Shown: positions 27,026 through 40,587 of the stretch, in pieces | Layout: the number at the start of each line of letters is the position of its first letter | How positions within the stretch are numbered: position 1 is the stretch's first letter | Source of the DNA: Geosiphon pyriformis uo1 | Taxonomy: Eukaryota; Fungi; Glomeromycota | DNA: 64,000 bases | Assembly: GCA_016748015.1 (NCBI GenBank) | Contig: JAAOMT010000678.1 | Span: forward strand, 668,851-732,850 | Direction: 5' to 3' | Notes under the pieces: generated by a model | Told to the model about the DNA's origin: nothing | The model's database searches: none | The model's input: the letters and a program-made list of their open reading frames with translations, nothing else | Program-made: the position numbers and the translations under genes

Positions 27026-28394
27026 GAAAATATAAAGTAAAACTTTTGAATTTTAAGATGCAATTTGTTTTCTTGCATCAAATGAGAAACCAATTGCACC
27101 ATGAAATTAAAGAAACCTTTACAAATATATATTCAGGAGTAATAAACATTGATTGTTTCTTTATAGAAATATCAAAATCCAGTTTATGAATTAATTAAAC
27201 GTGAGAAAGCTCTAAGATGACAAAGGATTAATATGTCTATACTTTCTTTTACTCAAACATAGTTTGTAATTTTCAATAAACAATGTAATAATAATTTTAC
27301 ATTCTTGACAGTTGACGAGAATTGATTAAAAGCCGGTTAAAAATTGTACGACATAAAAATTTCTCAAAATTTGAGTACAAATTAAAATTTCCGTATGTTT
27401 TCCCGGATTAACAATCTTTCACAAATCATTTCAAACAATGTTGGAAGGTTTTTAAAAAATGACAGATCATATTACTTATCTGTTGTGGTCATCCGAGGTA
27501 GGATAAATAACTAATCAGATGCTCAATATTGTCAGTAACATCGTAATTATCGAAAACAAAATGTTTTGGAAGAACAAGAAATGATTCTTGTTTAAGCTGT
27601 CATCTATTGTCACAATGGTCTGCAACGTGAATCCAATATTTGGACAAGAGACCAATTAATGTTCAGAAAAGGCATTTTCATCTTTCGCGATCAATTTTTG
27701 ATTATATATTTTATGATATCAACATAAGATCAGAAAAGGAAACAAATAGCTATGCTTCCCCAATTGTACAACTATAGAAGCAATTAAAAAATACAATGAT
27801 GGCTCAGAAAATAGGCGGTTCTATTTGTAAAAACATTTTTTATTCAATTTGATCCAGGTTCAAGGTCAAAATTGCGTCATGTGAGGCCAAATGACTAATC
27901 AGAGGGTAAAAAATTAGTATATTAAGATAAATGTTTGGTGAAATCAGGTAAAAATAGACCACAAATTTTCCTCATTGGGGGTAAAAAGGCATTTTATGGG
28001 GTGAGAAAGATGCATTTTAAGTTCCTAATCACCCCGTTCTGCTGATCCTAAAAATCATGATGATTTCTTTTTGCCAATTTTTCATTAATCATTGTCCGGA
28101 AAATTCCAAGTTTTAAATACGAGATCAAATAATCCGCCAAAAAAATTTAGAATTTTGGAGCAAAAAGCTTCAATGAATTTTTCGAAATCCATTTAAAGAT
28201 TTCAAAAAAACCAACATTTTTTCGGGTTTCCCAGCTTGGTTTGTGTCGCATTTACATTTGTTTGAAGAAAGTTTTCCTTGTTTATTGCATTAACCCTTCA
28301 TATCTAAGATCGACATTCCTCAGAAATTAATATATAATACCAGATAAAGAAGATCTCAAATTTTTTTTCTAAAGCTTCAGAATATTCTAAAGCA

Positions 28395-29859
28395 ATGCAG
28401 GAATTGCTAGTCCAGGAAACATATTGGGTTTCCAAATGGTTATTGAGGTTCTGCATTATACTGAAAAAGATGAGAATAAAATCATCGCAAAACCATATTC
28501 TTCCCTATGCTATTTTGTTACTCTTGTTTTTCCTAGCGATTTTAATTCTTAATCCATTTATTAAAAAACAGGAATCATTATCTCATGAGAATTTACTTAA
28601 ATACAACAAAAATATAACAAATGAAAATTTTAACAAAAGTATCAATTCAAAAAATGTGGAAAAAATACCTAGTCGAAACACCTTTCCTTCATTTCAAAAT
28701 TCACGGTTAAAAACTAGCAGCAAAAGAAGTTTCAAATACCATGGGAAAAGTGATGAAGAAAGTTATTATGACGGAGAGGAAGAAGGTTCAATGGAATTGT
28801 TAGATCATGAACTTCCCGAAGACCGACAATTTCTAAAACGATTCGCTTTGTTCGCCTATTACTCAAGTGATGCTTATTGCCTGACAGAAAACGCTTATAA
28901 GGTGGGAGATCATGGAATTTCTGGTAAGATTGACTTTTAAGCAAGAGAAATTGAAATTTCACAATCTTTTTCTCAAATCTTTGCTTCTTTCATCTTAACA
29001 GCAAAAGCAATTCTATTGGCAAACGATGCCAAAGAAACTGAATTAATAGTGTATTTCAAAGGCAACAAATACACTCGTTACCAATGGCTCATGAGAAAGT
29101 TTGAGCTTATTGAATACCCTTTGATTCCAAATGGAAAAGTGGACAAGAAATTTTTTGAAGATATCGAATCTGCTGCTTCGGATATTCGAAAACAGGTTTT
29201 AAAAAAAGTTCAAGAAGCCGGTGGCTTTAAAAGGATAAAACGATTCATAATGACTGGACATAGTAGTGGAGGAGGTAAATTAGAAATTTGTGAACCATTT
29301 TATTATTTCCTCAATTGATTTCAGCCTCATCCAATTTTATGATCTTAATAATTTAGCCTATGCTTTACTTGCATGCCTTAATTTGGATCATCATTGGCGT
29401 AATTTTAACCTTGAATGGGAAGTCTACTCCTTTGGTAGCCCTCGAATAGGAAACCTTGCTTTTGCTGCCACCGTGACCACCCTTGAAAATATTTATTTAT
29501 ATCGCTTAACACACACTGACGACTATGTTCCAAGATTACCTCTTATTACTGGCCATGAATATGTCCATACTGAAGTTGAGTTTTGGCTAGAGCCGGATTG
29601 TGATTGCACTGGTATTGACAATGTATACGAATGCTGGGGTCCAGAAATAAGGATGGGTTCCAATACATTCAGTATGGAAAGTCCGGTATGCTTTTCATTG
29701 ATCAATATTTATTAATGAAAGCAAAAGATTGATCTAAAAGAGTTTTTCTTATCTTTTGACTCACTATTTTATCAGGATTGTAACAATCGATACCCACTAC
29801 CAGGAGATGCCTCACACAATGGCCCATATTTTGCAGCTTTCATGGGCTTTTGCCAGTAA
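28395..29859 (+). CDS. Lipase class 3 protein E (triad present)
   Basis: Exons 28395 (or 28470)-28923, 29002-29274, 29357-29685, 29776-29859. TM ILPYAILLLLFFLAILIL, FAYYSSDAYC, GHSSGG, SFGSPRIGN, HTDDYVPRLP, SHNGPYF. Confidence 0.9.
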
Positions 29860-30599
29860 TACGTGAATTTTGTAGGAAAGCTCGAAACTTTCCGATCAAA
29901 AGAAAATTATTAATTAAGAGCTAATTTTTTGTAAATATTTTCTTTATAGATTTATAGCTAAATTGAAATTTTACTTAATTCTCAAATTTTTTAAATCCAA
30001 CCAGCACTGAATTATTATTACTTTTAAATAAAAATTCCAGATTAATTATGAATTAGCTCAAGAAATTAGAAAACTAATGATTTTTGAATTTATTAAATAT
30101 TTTCTGTTCAACTCCTTAATTTGTAGTATACACATAACGTAACTCCTTACCCAAGTCTATAGAGTTTTTGACGATCAAATTGTTATAAAAGTTATTTTTC
30201 TTTATATTTCAAAAGTCCGAATTTTCTTTTTAATAAGCTAATCTGACATTGAGGGAGGAATAGAGATTTTTCCCGTAAATGTAAATTAAAGGATATACAT
30301 TTGGATATGAAAAGAAATAAAGAATTTTAATTAAACTTTGGTCTTGATAATGTTCTTTATCGTATTCAGTTACTTCTTTAGGTTTCGATAAGGCTTTTAC
30401 TTTATTTGACAATAAGAATTTTCAAACATGCCAAAAAAGGGTCTATTTTATTATTTGGATTAATCCAAAACGTTGCACTCTTTGTATTAAAATAAATGAA
30501 GTGATACATGTTTTTGCTCATAATTAATTCAAAAGGTAAGATCAGTGAAGTTTGCTTATTTACAATGCATTCTGATCTTAGGGGTATTAAATGCATTAA

Positions 30600-33500
30600 A
30601 TATTTGATAAAAAAATATAATTGATTATAACATCCCTTATCGCAATAAGACTTTGTTCAGTATCTTGTTTTAAATATTATTATCAATACAAAGCTCAAAG
30701 ATTTTTAATGTATTGAATTTAATCATACAAATTTCACATATAGCAAAATCTTGTTTTGAAATTAAGTTTTTGCATTTTTATTATAATATGTGATTTTCGA
30801 TCGCACAGATAAAATGAAAAACTTTTAATAACAAAAATTTATTGCTCATTATTTTATAAATTCACAAATTCCAATAACAATTATTTCTTTCATTACTGTT
30901 GTTATTCGTTTCTTTTTAAATAACAAAACATGATTTACTCAAAATTAACAAATATTGTTAACCAATTTTAAACAATACTTATTATTTTGAAACAAGTTTT
31001 TAAATATTTATTTAATATAAAAGAAAAATTGTAAAAAAAAATTTATTTTTTAAATAGCAAAATTAATTGCAAATGAAAAATAGCTTTAAAACATATTACA
31101 ATCAAATTCGTTTAAGTAAAAATATGTGATTACAAACAATAAATTTTTAATTAACAAAACAAATATGTATTATTTTTTGTTATTTTGAGAATTTTCACTA
31201 CCTCAAATATGATTAGCTTATTAAATTATTAATTTTGTTTATTTTGTTTAATTTTATCATGACATATTTTATGAAAAAATATTCAAAATATAAATAATTT
31301 AAAAATGAAGAAATATAGTAACTGATAGTCACAAAATATTTTTACATATTATATTAAGCACTTTTTGAATTTTTTTAATCGTAATAATATGTTTTTTAGC
31401 AGCAAGATTCAACAATGTAAAAACAGAGTTGAAAATTTCGTTTATAATGTTTATATGTAAATTCCACTAGTAGTAACATATCAAGCTAATTATTTTGTTG
31501 GTAGTTAATAGAATATTGCAAGTACTGCTTTAGAACTTGATTAATGCATTTAACTTGACTATTAGTTTGGAAATAACATGTTAAAGATAAAAAAATTTTG
31601 GCATCAAAAAGCTTAAAGAAGTATTTTTAAAATTGAAAGACAAATTAAAATCTATAATTAAAAACTATCTTATTTGAAAACCATTAAGTTTAATTATATT
31701 ATAAATAATTAATTAAGCTGTTTTTCAAAAATGTAAACTTTGAACAAAAAATAAGTGTGCTATCTTAATTAACCAGTTTATTGCAAGTAAAATCAAATCT
31801 TTTTTTAATTTTAAGCAAGTTAGTTATAAAGTTCATTAAAATAAATTTTTAAAGACATTTTAAATAAGCAAAAATTGTAACAGATTAAAAAATTGATAAT
31901 GAAAAATCTTAAGTATTACAAAATTTAATATATCTATAATATTTTATATTGCTATAACTACTAATAGTTTTTAATAATTAACTTAAAAGTCTTATTAATT
32001 CCAAAGTGGATAGCAAGTAGATTGTTATAATTAATAACTTTTTAAGTATAAGTATTATTAACTGTCAATTGTTTGATTATTTTTAAAAGTTTTGAATTTG
32101 AATCTAAAAATAAAATGACTATAATTTTAAATATTCAAACTTAAGCAAAATAATTTACTACTGGCTATAGACTTTATTCTGCTTTTTAAATTTAAATTCT
32201 AAATGCTATAAGAAAATATTAATCTTATTTTATAATAAACTAGTATTATAAAAAAATACAAAATTAAATTTAATTATAAAAATTAATTACTAAGCTTAAT
32301 ATTAATTAAAAATTCTGGTTGTTATAAAATACTAAAAAAATTTCTGGTTACAAAAAACAATGACTACAAACCAAAATTCTTATAATGCCTCTTCGAAATT
32401 GTATCAATTTATATTGTATACAACTCTATTTTAATTGAGCATTGACTCTTTTAATAGATTTTACTTAGATTACGGCAAATAAATAATTCAACATTCGAGC
32501 TAATAAATAGTTCTAAAGTGTGTTATAGGAGGTCTAAAGTAAATATTTCATTAATACTTATAGGGCCACAGCAACACTGAGCTAATGAATAGTTCTCTAA
32601 GTTTGCTACAATAAACCAAAAAAGATAACAGACCAACATCTTATTAATACCTTTTTGTAATTGTATCAACTTATGTTGTATACAATCTTATCACCATAGC
32701 GTATTGATCATTTTTATAAACAACCGATCTTTAAGTTTTAGAGCAATTTATTTGCTTTTCTGCATGTTTTATTATTAAAATATGCATTGTTGACTGTTCT
32801 TTCTAGTTTTTTTGCATGTAATCCAAGATCTTGGACTTATTATTAAAGAATTGGTTATTTTCTATGCATCACTTGCCAATAGAATTCAGAAATTACAGAT
32901 TATATTTAATTAAGTATGTACTATAAGAATGCAATAAATTAAAGCAAGGCATATTTTTAAGTATTTATGAGCATTTATGAGTGTTTATGAAAAAAATTTC
33001 AACTAGATGTTAACTTACTAATCAATATTATATGCTTATTTATTAGTTAAAAACAGCTAATTTCGATTCTTATTTTTTATTCATGTTTTTCATATAAATT
33101 GTGTTATAAAATATTATTTGATCTGTGAAAATTTAACTTAACCTGCTTAAATTGTTTTTATATTCTAATTATAGTATTTTATTATATTTGTAAATTAAAA
33201 ATAATTGGTTTACACTAATTTAATATAAAAATTAAAATTATGTTAATTTTAATTAAGTTATAACTAATTGGTTTATAACAAAAAGCTATAATAAATTTGT
33301 TGATCATGTAATTTCTAAGTTGATAATATTAAATAGTTTGCTTTAATTAAATAAATTTGGTATATATAATAAAGATTAATGTTAACAAACAAATATATTT
33401 ATTAAAAAATTAATATTGAAACACTTTTTTATGTTTTATTAATAGATATAACAGTTTATAATTTTTTTAATCTTCTAATTGCTAAAAATACTTTTTTTAG

Positions 33501-36500
33501 TTTTTTTAATGTTAATTTGTTTATAAACATTAAATCTTTGTCTATTTTAAACAGTATAAAATTATAATTTACTAATTTAAAATATAGTCTTATTGGTCTT
33601 AAAAAACAAATAAATAAGTTAACAAAAAGATTAAATACATTCATATCGGTTTTTTAATTTTGTACTAAATATAATCGATTAATAATCTTTTTTAAATAGA
33701 ATTTAATAAGTAATATATTAATAAAAAAAAGTTTAAACATGTTTATAAATAACAAAATTACAGTTAATTAAGAATTTTTTAATTTAAAAAAAATAAAGTT
33801 AGGTATTAAAAATTTAACAATAATTTATCAAAATTATTGTGTTAATAACTAATCTTATTTAAAATATTTTTATATGCAATATATATAATATAAATAATTT
33901 TGCTAAGCAAATAAATATAAATAATTCGAATTTTATTGTTAATAAAATATAATCAAAAGTCGAAATAAGTCTTTAAATTGTAAACAAGTTTAAAAAAATC
34001 AAAATTTTTATTTGTAGTTTAAATTATGATTATTTAAGTTCTAAAGTTATAATTATTTTAAATAATAATTTAATAAAACATCTTGCAAAGTTTTTAAAAT
34101 ATAAAATAAACTTTTATTTATTTGTTTGCTATTTAGAAATAAGTTTTTAATTACTGTTTTAAGTTTTTATGATGATGTTTTTTATTGTTAAATTAAAACA
34201 AATTGATAACATTAATACTATAATTATTAAGACTTTAAATAGCATTTTTTGGTAATTTTAATAAAAATAGCATTAAACAAAGTGCTAATTTCAAAAAGTG
34301 TATGGATTTAAGTTTAATTAAATTTTTAATTAAAAATTTAGCAGTTAAAACTTCAACTTAAAAGAATTTAAAAAAGTAAAAAAAGTTATTAATTATATTT
34401 TTATTAATAAATTACTTGTAAATATTATAGCCAAATCAAAATTACAAAGTATAAAAAAGTTTTTTAATACTAATTACAAGTTTGTTTTTATGTTAATTAT
34501 TTAAAACTATTAATATAACAGATATATTTAATAGATTAAAGAAAAACAGAAAATATAAGCTTTTATTTAAGATATTATGTATTTATTGACTAATAAAATG
34601 TTCTTTAAAACTTAGTTTTATAAATTTATAAAAAACAAAAAAAAATTCTAAATTTTTAGTTTAAACTTTTGGTATCTAAAATATAGTAATAAGTTATAAA
34701 ACTTTTATATTATGGTTTTTTTTTAATAAAGTTAAATTTAAAATAGATAAGATAATAGAAAAATAGATTAAAAAATAAGTAGTATTAAATAAAATTCGTA
34801 ATTTGTAATATTGTTAATATGTTTTATTAAATTATGTAAATAATAAAATATTTTTAAAGATAATAAAATGAATAAAATATGAAAAATTGGTAAATACAAA
34901 TAAGAATTTGTTAAATAGCAAAACTGCTAATTTGTTTAATATTACAAATAAATTATAAAAGCATTATAATAAGTTTATTTGAGTTTATTTTTGAATTTTT
35001 TAAATATATATCTGTTAAATAAATTAGTTTTTAAATTATAAAAAAGTCATAATATCAATAATTTTATTATTTAGAAAAAAATTTAGTTGAAAGTAGAATA
35101 TATAGGAAATTTATTAGGTTTTTGAATAAATTTATAATAACAAAGTTAATAGAATTATAATAAACTTTGGTCTAATAAATAATTACAAAATACATAATAA
35201 TTTAAATTAAAAAAAGTTTTTTAATCTTTTTTTGTGTAAAATTAAGTAACATAAAAGTTTAAGCAAATACAAAATTAATATTAAGTCTGTAATTAGAATT
35301 AGATAAATTAAGACCAAGTTTAATATAACTTCTTACTTAATACTAATTTTTTTATTATATTTTTATTAACTAAAAATTAAAAAATTTTATTAAATATTAA
35401 TAATATATATATTTTTGTTGTAAAAAAAGAAAATTGTACAAATATCTTAATATTTTTTATTAATTAAGAATTTGTTTAAAACTAATTTAAAAAAAATACA
35501 TGAAAATATTAAATTTTTTGCTAATATAATTTTAAAAAAGACTAATTTAAACAAGCAATTTATTTATTAGTTTTAATGGTTTTACAACTTATAATTAAAC
35601 ATAAAATTCAATTTAGTTTTGTATTTAAAAATATGTATAACCAGTGAAATTTGTTAATTAAAAAAAAATTAAAATTTAAGCCAACTTATTCGAAAATTTT
35701 TTATAAAATTATGTATTATCTTTTACTATGTTATTTGAAAAATTTTAATTTAAAAAAAAGATAGCTTATGTAATACTATTTTTTAAATACTAATAACATT
35801 TTTATAAATTTTAGATTAAGTGTTATAAAATTTATTTTAATATCTTGTTAAGTTATTAATTAATTTTTTGAAATATAATATTTTTTTTGACATTTTTTGT
35901 TTTAAAAATAAAATTTTAATTTTAAATGTCTTAAGTTAATCTGTTTATTTTAAAATAATTTGGTTTCTTAAAAGATTTAATATTATTTTTACATATTAGT
36001 TGTTAAATAGTCATGATTTTTTTTAGTTAAAAGAATAATTGTGTTAAAAAAAGTTTAATCCAAAAGGTTTTGTTTATATTTGGTTTGTTTTTATATTAGA
36101 ATTTAAAAAAAAATTTACAAATAGAAATTTACTTATGTTATATAATTTGTTTTTTTAATGTTTGTTTAATTTTAACTGTTTTAAATACTTAAAACTAATT
36201 TAAAAAGAATTTGTTGAAATATAATTATAGTTTTTATAAATAAAATTATTAAAAATATGAGTTTTTTTGATGTTATTGAAAATAAATTGGCTTATTTTTC
36301 AAATTTAATTTAAATATAGAATTAAATTTGTATAGTTTAATGTTATTAATGTTAATTAAGTTATAAACAATTGTTTTAGTATTGAAATATATATTAATAA
36401 AAACTTTTTATAAAAAACTTTATAATCTTAGTTATTTAAATATAAATTATATTTGTGATAATCAAAAAAATAATTCTAATTATATTTTTTTGTATATTTT

Positions 36501-38400
36501 TAATTTATTACAAGAAAAGCTATTATTAACAAATGTTTTAATAGTTAAATTTTTTTAACTAGTAAGTTATTTGTATATTCATTTTTTTTAGTTGTTATAT
36601 AATACTGTTATTGATAATTATGGTTTTTTAAATTAATTTTAATGTTTGTAAATATAGCCAAAACTGACTTGTGTATTGTAAATTTAGTTTATAGCTTGAC
36701 TATATATTATAAAATAAATATTTATTGCTATATTTTAATTAAAAACTAATTACAAAAAAAGATTAATTGTTAATAATAATTCAATTTTAATTAATATTTA
36801 TGATTTGTTTATACGTAACTTAAGAAATTTTGTTTATAGTAAAGACTTTATTTAAGATTAATTTATTAATTTTAGTTTAAAATTGTTTGCAATTGGTTTT
36901 TAACAGTTTTTATAAATATATTCGGATTTTTGGTACTATAAATACATAGTGTAATTTTGATTAACTTTAATAATTATTTTATTATAAATAATAAAAAAAT
37001 ATAATTATTAACATAATTTTTAATTTGTTATTTATCAGATCTATATTCAAAAAACAATTTTGTTAAAGCTTTATACAAAATTTTATTAATACAATCAAAT
37101 TTAAAATTACAGTTGCTAATTTTTTAATTGTTAACCGAAAATAATACAGTTGTTATTTATTTTATTTTTAGTTAATAATTTTAAATTTAATAATAAGTAT
37201 CAATTATTTTTTATTCAATAAATTACAAATGAAAATAACTTATTTTTTAAACTTATTTTAATAAATATATTTCAAAAAACAAACAAAAAACATAAAGTTG
37301 ATTTTAATTTAAATATAAAAAGATATTTAAAATAATAATTATAATTTTATAACTAAATATATTTAGATAAATCAAAAATACTACCAGATTTTTCTCAAAC
37401 AGTTTTTATTTTTTAATCAAAAAAAAGTTCAAAAAACTATTCTAATTAATAAATAAGAAATTTAAACATCTATTATAAAAGAATTGGCTAAATTATCAAC
37501 AAAAATAGTTATAATATCTTAAAAAATGTTGTTATTTTGATTTTTTGACTTAATAGCTCCAATTTTTTAACTTGTAATTTTTCAATATTTGATTTTAATT
37601 TTTAAAGACTCAGATTTATTTTTAATTTTTTTACCCTCTTTATACACATATTTTTTTGAAAAATGATATTTTATTCTAAGAGTATTAACAAGTCTTTATT
37701 CATTCAAAGTTTTTTTTGTTAATTATTAGAATACTTTTTACAAATTTATCTAAGTTAATAATATGTTGAATTGTCAAGAAAAGACTAATTTTAAGACACT
37801 GTTTTGTTAAAAATTCAGCAAAATTTCCATAATAGTTGATTATTTTTTTAAGAATTTCACATAAGATAAGCTTTTATTTAATCAATTTTTTTAAATAGTT
37901 TTGTTTAATAATTTTTCCTTAAAATTGATGTTTAATATTGAAATCATAATTATTAGACAAAATGCGTTTTTGCTATTAAATTATATAATACTTTGATTAT
38001 TGAGTAAGATTAGCATAAAAAATATATATTTAAAAATAATGGTAATAATAAGTGCTTATATATTATTTTAAAAATAAATTGTAACATATTAGTAACAAAC
38101 AATATTAAAAATTGGCTATTTAATTATTATTACTTTTTATATGATTATATTTTTCTTAAACAATATCTAAAAAACTTATTAATTTAGTTGTTAATTTGTT
38201 TATTGATTCTTTTAATGATAATTTTAAACCAAATTCTTCAATTGAATTATTTATATATTATATTTTTATTTTTTGTCATTGATTAATTTTTTATTCTAAT
38301 TAGTAATAATATAATTATATTTAAAATCAAAATTGAACAACATATTTAGAATTCAATATTCAATTAGAAAATACCGGAAAAAATTATGTCAACAAGATGT
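30600..38400. repeat. Extremely AT-rich block of decayed repeats/TE remnants
   Basis: Strong G/C and CpG depletion, no meaningful ORFs. Contains copies of the repeat seen at 13-14 kb and 63 kb, and internal duplications (32396-32460 vs 32657-32720; 32489-32527 vs 32572-32610). Boundaries approximate. Confidence 0.7.
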
Positions 38401-39828
38401 TTATAGAAAAAAAAAATGTTATTATAATGTCCAATCATGATATAAATTTACAAATGTAAAAATGCAATCTGCAACTTGTCTTTTTAAAGTAAAGCACATT
38501 TAAAAATTGACATCAAATGACCATACCAGGTATTGTAAATATAAATGTAAAGATAATTAATTTTCAATTAAAAATTTTCATTTTTCATTTTTCGTTTCAA
38601 CATTAAATAAAAATAGAATTTACGCAAATACTCTCGATCAAAGATTTTTAAATAAATAATTGTTTTTTTAATAATCAAAAATTATTTTGTTCTGTTTCGG
38701 TTCTGGTGCATGAATTCTGTAAATTTGCATTACAATAAAAGGTATAGATTATAAATTTATATTTTTTTTTAAAAAAAAATCCTTAAATTTCAATATTGGA
38801 ATAATAATGTTAAATTATATTAAGGGATAAAATATAATTTACTTGTATAAAGATAAGTTTTATATTGTTCAATATTAAAATGAATAAAAATTTTAGGTAT
38901 TTTTATATGGCAATTATGTATAAAATTCTTTAGTTAAAGTTAATACATGTATAAAGGAAATTTATTATTTTTGGGAAATCTACGTTTAAAGAATATCGTG
39001 AGTTTAAATGAAAATTTAGATGAGTGGTATCCAAATCTATTTATAGAGAACTGGTCACTTACATATATCTATAAAAAATTTTTGGTCAAAGATTTTATCG
39101 TAATTTACACGTTTTTAAACAGGTTGCAGATTATAATATCATAAGATATAAAAGTATTATGGTTATCCACAGTATGAATTTATATATTCTTGAACAAAGA
39201 CTTCGGGTGAGACAATTAAGTTTTATTCCGATTCACGATCAATATGAATCGAAAGCTTAATTGTTTTCATTGTAATAGATTTTTTCGTTAGACGAAATAA
39301 GCTTAACTTGGGTTTCTAGAAAATCCCTAGAAATCATTTATTCTTTCTGGCTTTTCCAAAAATCTTTACATCATCAGAAAAGGTCAAACTAATCCAACCG
39401 TGATTTCCGATATATCCGATTTAGCCGTGATTTATAAAGGTAAGTGATTAATTAATTTTCTGTTGAAGCCAAGGGGTTGGCAATTAGTCATATTTGTCAT
39501 ATTTGTCATCATTATCTAAGCATATATATATGCACCTTGAATGGGTGCCGATTCCTCTTATTATGGTTAGGTAAAAAAAAAGATGCTAGTCTTTATCAGA
39601 CATTTTTGTAAGACCCTTTCTTTTCATTCATGATTCAAAAATTCTCCTATTGGGCATTCAGAATAAGATTGAAAATTGATATTGTAAGAACATCTTCAGA
39701 AAGCCAAAAATTTGATCTGCGTGACAAGTAACTTATATAAAAAGCAGTTCACTTATATTTTTAAGAATTTTCAATTTTCAATTTTCATAACAATTAACAA
39801 TCGTAGAACATTTCTAAAATTTTCAAAA

Positions 39829-40587
39829 ATGAATGCCAATGTCAACGACACAATATTATCAATAGATTTTCCCACAGAGGAAAATGCTTTGACACTTATA
39901 AACCAACTGGATATATTAACACTCTTCAGTCCACAAATTCTCGAACCGAAAGAATTAATACCACCACCACGTATAACAGATAATGGTGAAATTAAACCAA
40001 AAAGACCGCAGAACGCATTTTTCATATTTCGTCAAAATGTCATCAAGCAGGCAAAAAGTCTTGGAATAAAGAATATGCGTCTTATTAGTAAATCAGCAAG
40101 TATTCTCTGGCAGAGAGCTAGGCCTAATGAAAAAGATGTTTACAAAGAAATAGCGGTTAAAGTTTCAGCAGTACATCGAGAACGTTATCCTGGATTTCGA
40201 TACACTGAAGACCGATCAAAATTAGTTTTTCGTCATTCCTCTTTACCAAACCGATCTGTTCATAATAACCATCACCATCACCATCACATTAATCATCATC
40301 AACACCACCACCGTTCAGAAGAGACCAAACTGCCGGAATCAGGGCAAAATTGTCAAGTGAAACAAGATAAAATGCAAGTAAAAAGTCAAAAACCAGAGTT
40401 GGATGGAAAATGGGGAACTTTTTTCAGAGGATTAGAATTAGCTCCAAATGAACCTAATTCGATAGACTTTACACAGTTGAATGAACACTCGGATTATTAT
40501 ACATTTGAACAATGGATGAATGCGCATGGTTGTCATAATTTTAATCCTTATATGAACCTTTCTTCTAACGAGCATCCTGGTATATGA
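39829..40587 (+). CDS. HMG-box transcription factor (MATA_HMG/ROX1-like) with poly-His tract
   Basis: KPKRPQNAFFIFRQ...ISKSASILWQ...EKDVYKEIA...HRERYPGFRY is a sequence-specific HMG box. First ATG at 39829; His-rich NNHHHHHHINHHQHHH. Confidence 0.9.
   Translation: MNANVNDTILSIDFPTEENALTLINQLDILTLFSPQILEPKELIPPPRITDNGEIKPKRPQNAFFIFRQNVIKQAKSLGIKNMRLISKSASILWQRARPNEKDVYKEIAVKVSAVHRERYPGFRYTEDRSKLVFRHSSLPNRSVHNNHHHHHHINHHQHHHRSEETKLPESGQNCQVKQDKMQVKSQKPELDGKWGTFFRGLELAPNEPNSIDFTQLNEHSDYYTFEQWMNAHGCHNFNPYMNLSSNEHPGI

Noticed and set aside
26938-27189. 83-aa ORF with poly-Ile/poly-Leu resembling a TM protein
   Set aside because: Translation of the (ATA)n(ATT)n microsatellite.
39829-40587. HMG gene as the mating-type locus
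   Set aside because: No diagnostic flanking genes; this family is highly expanded in AM fungi.
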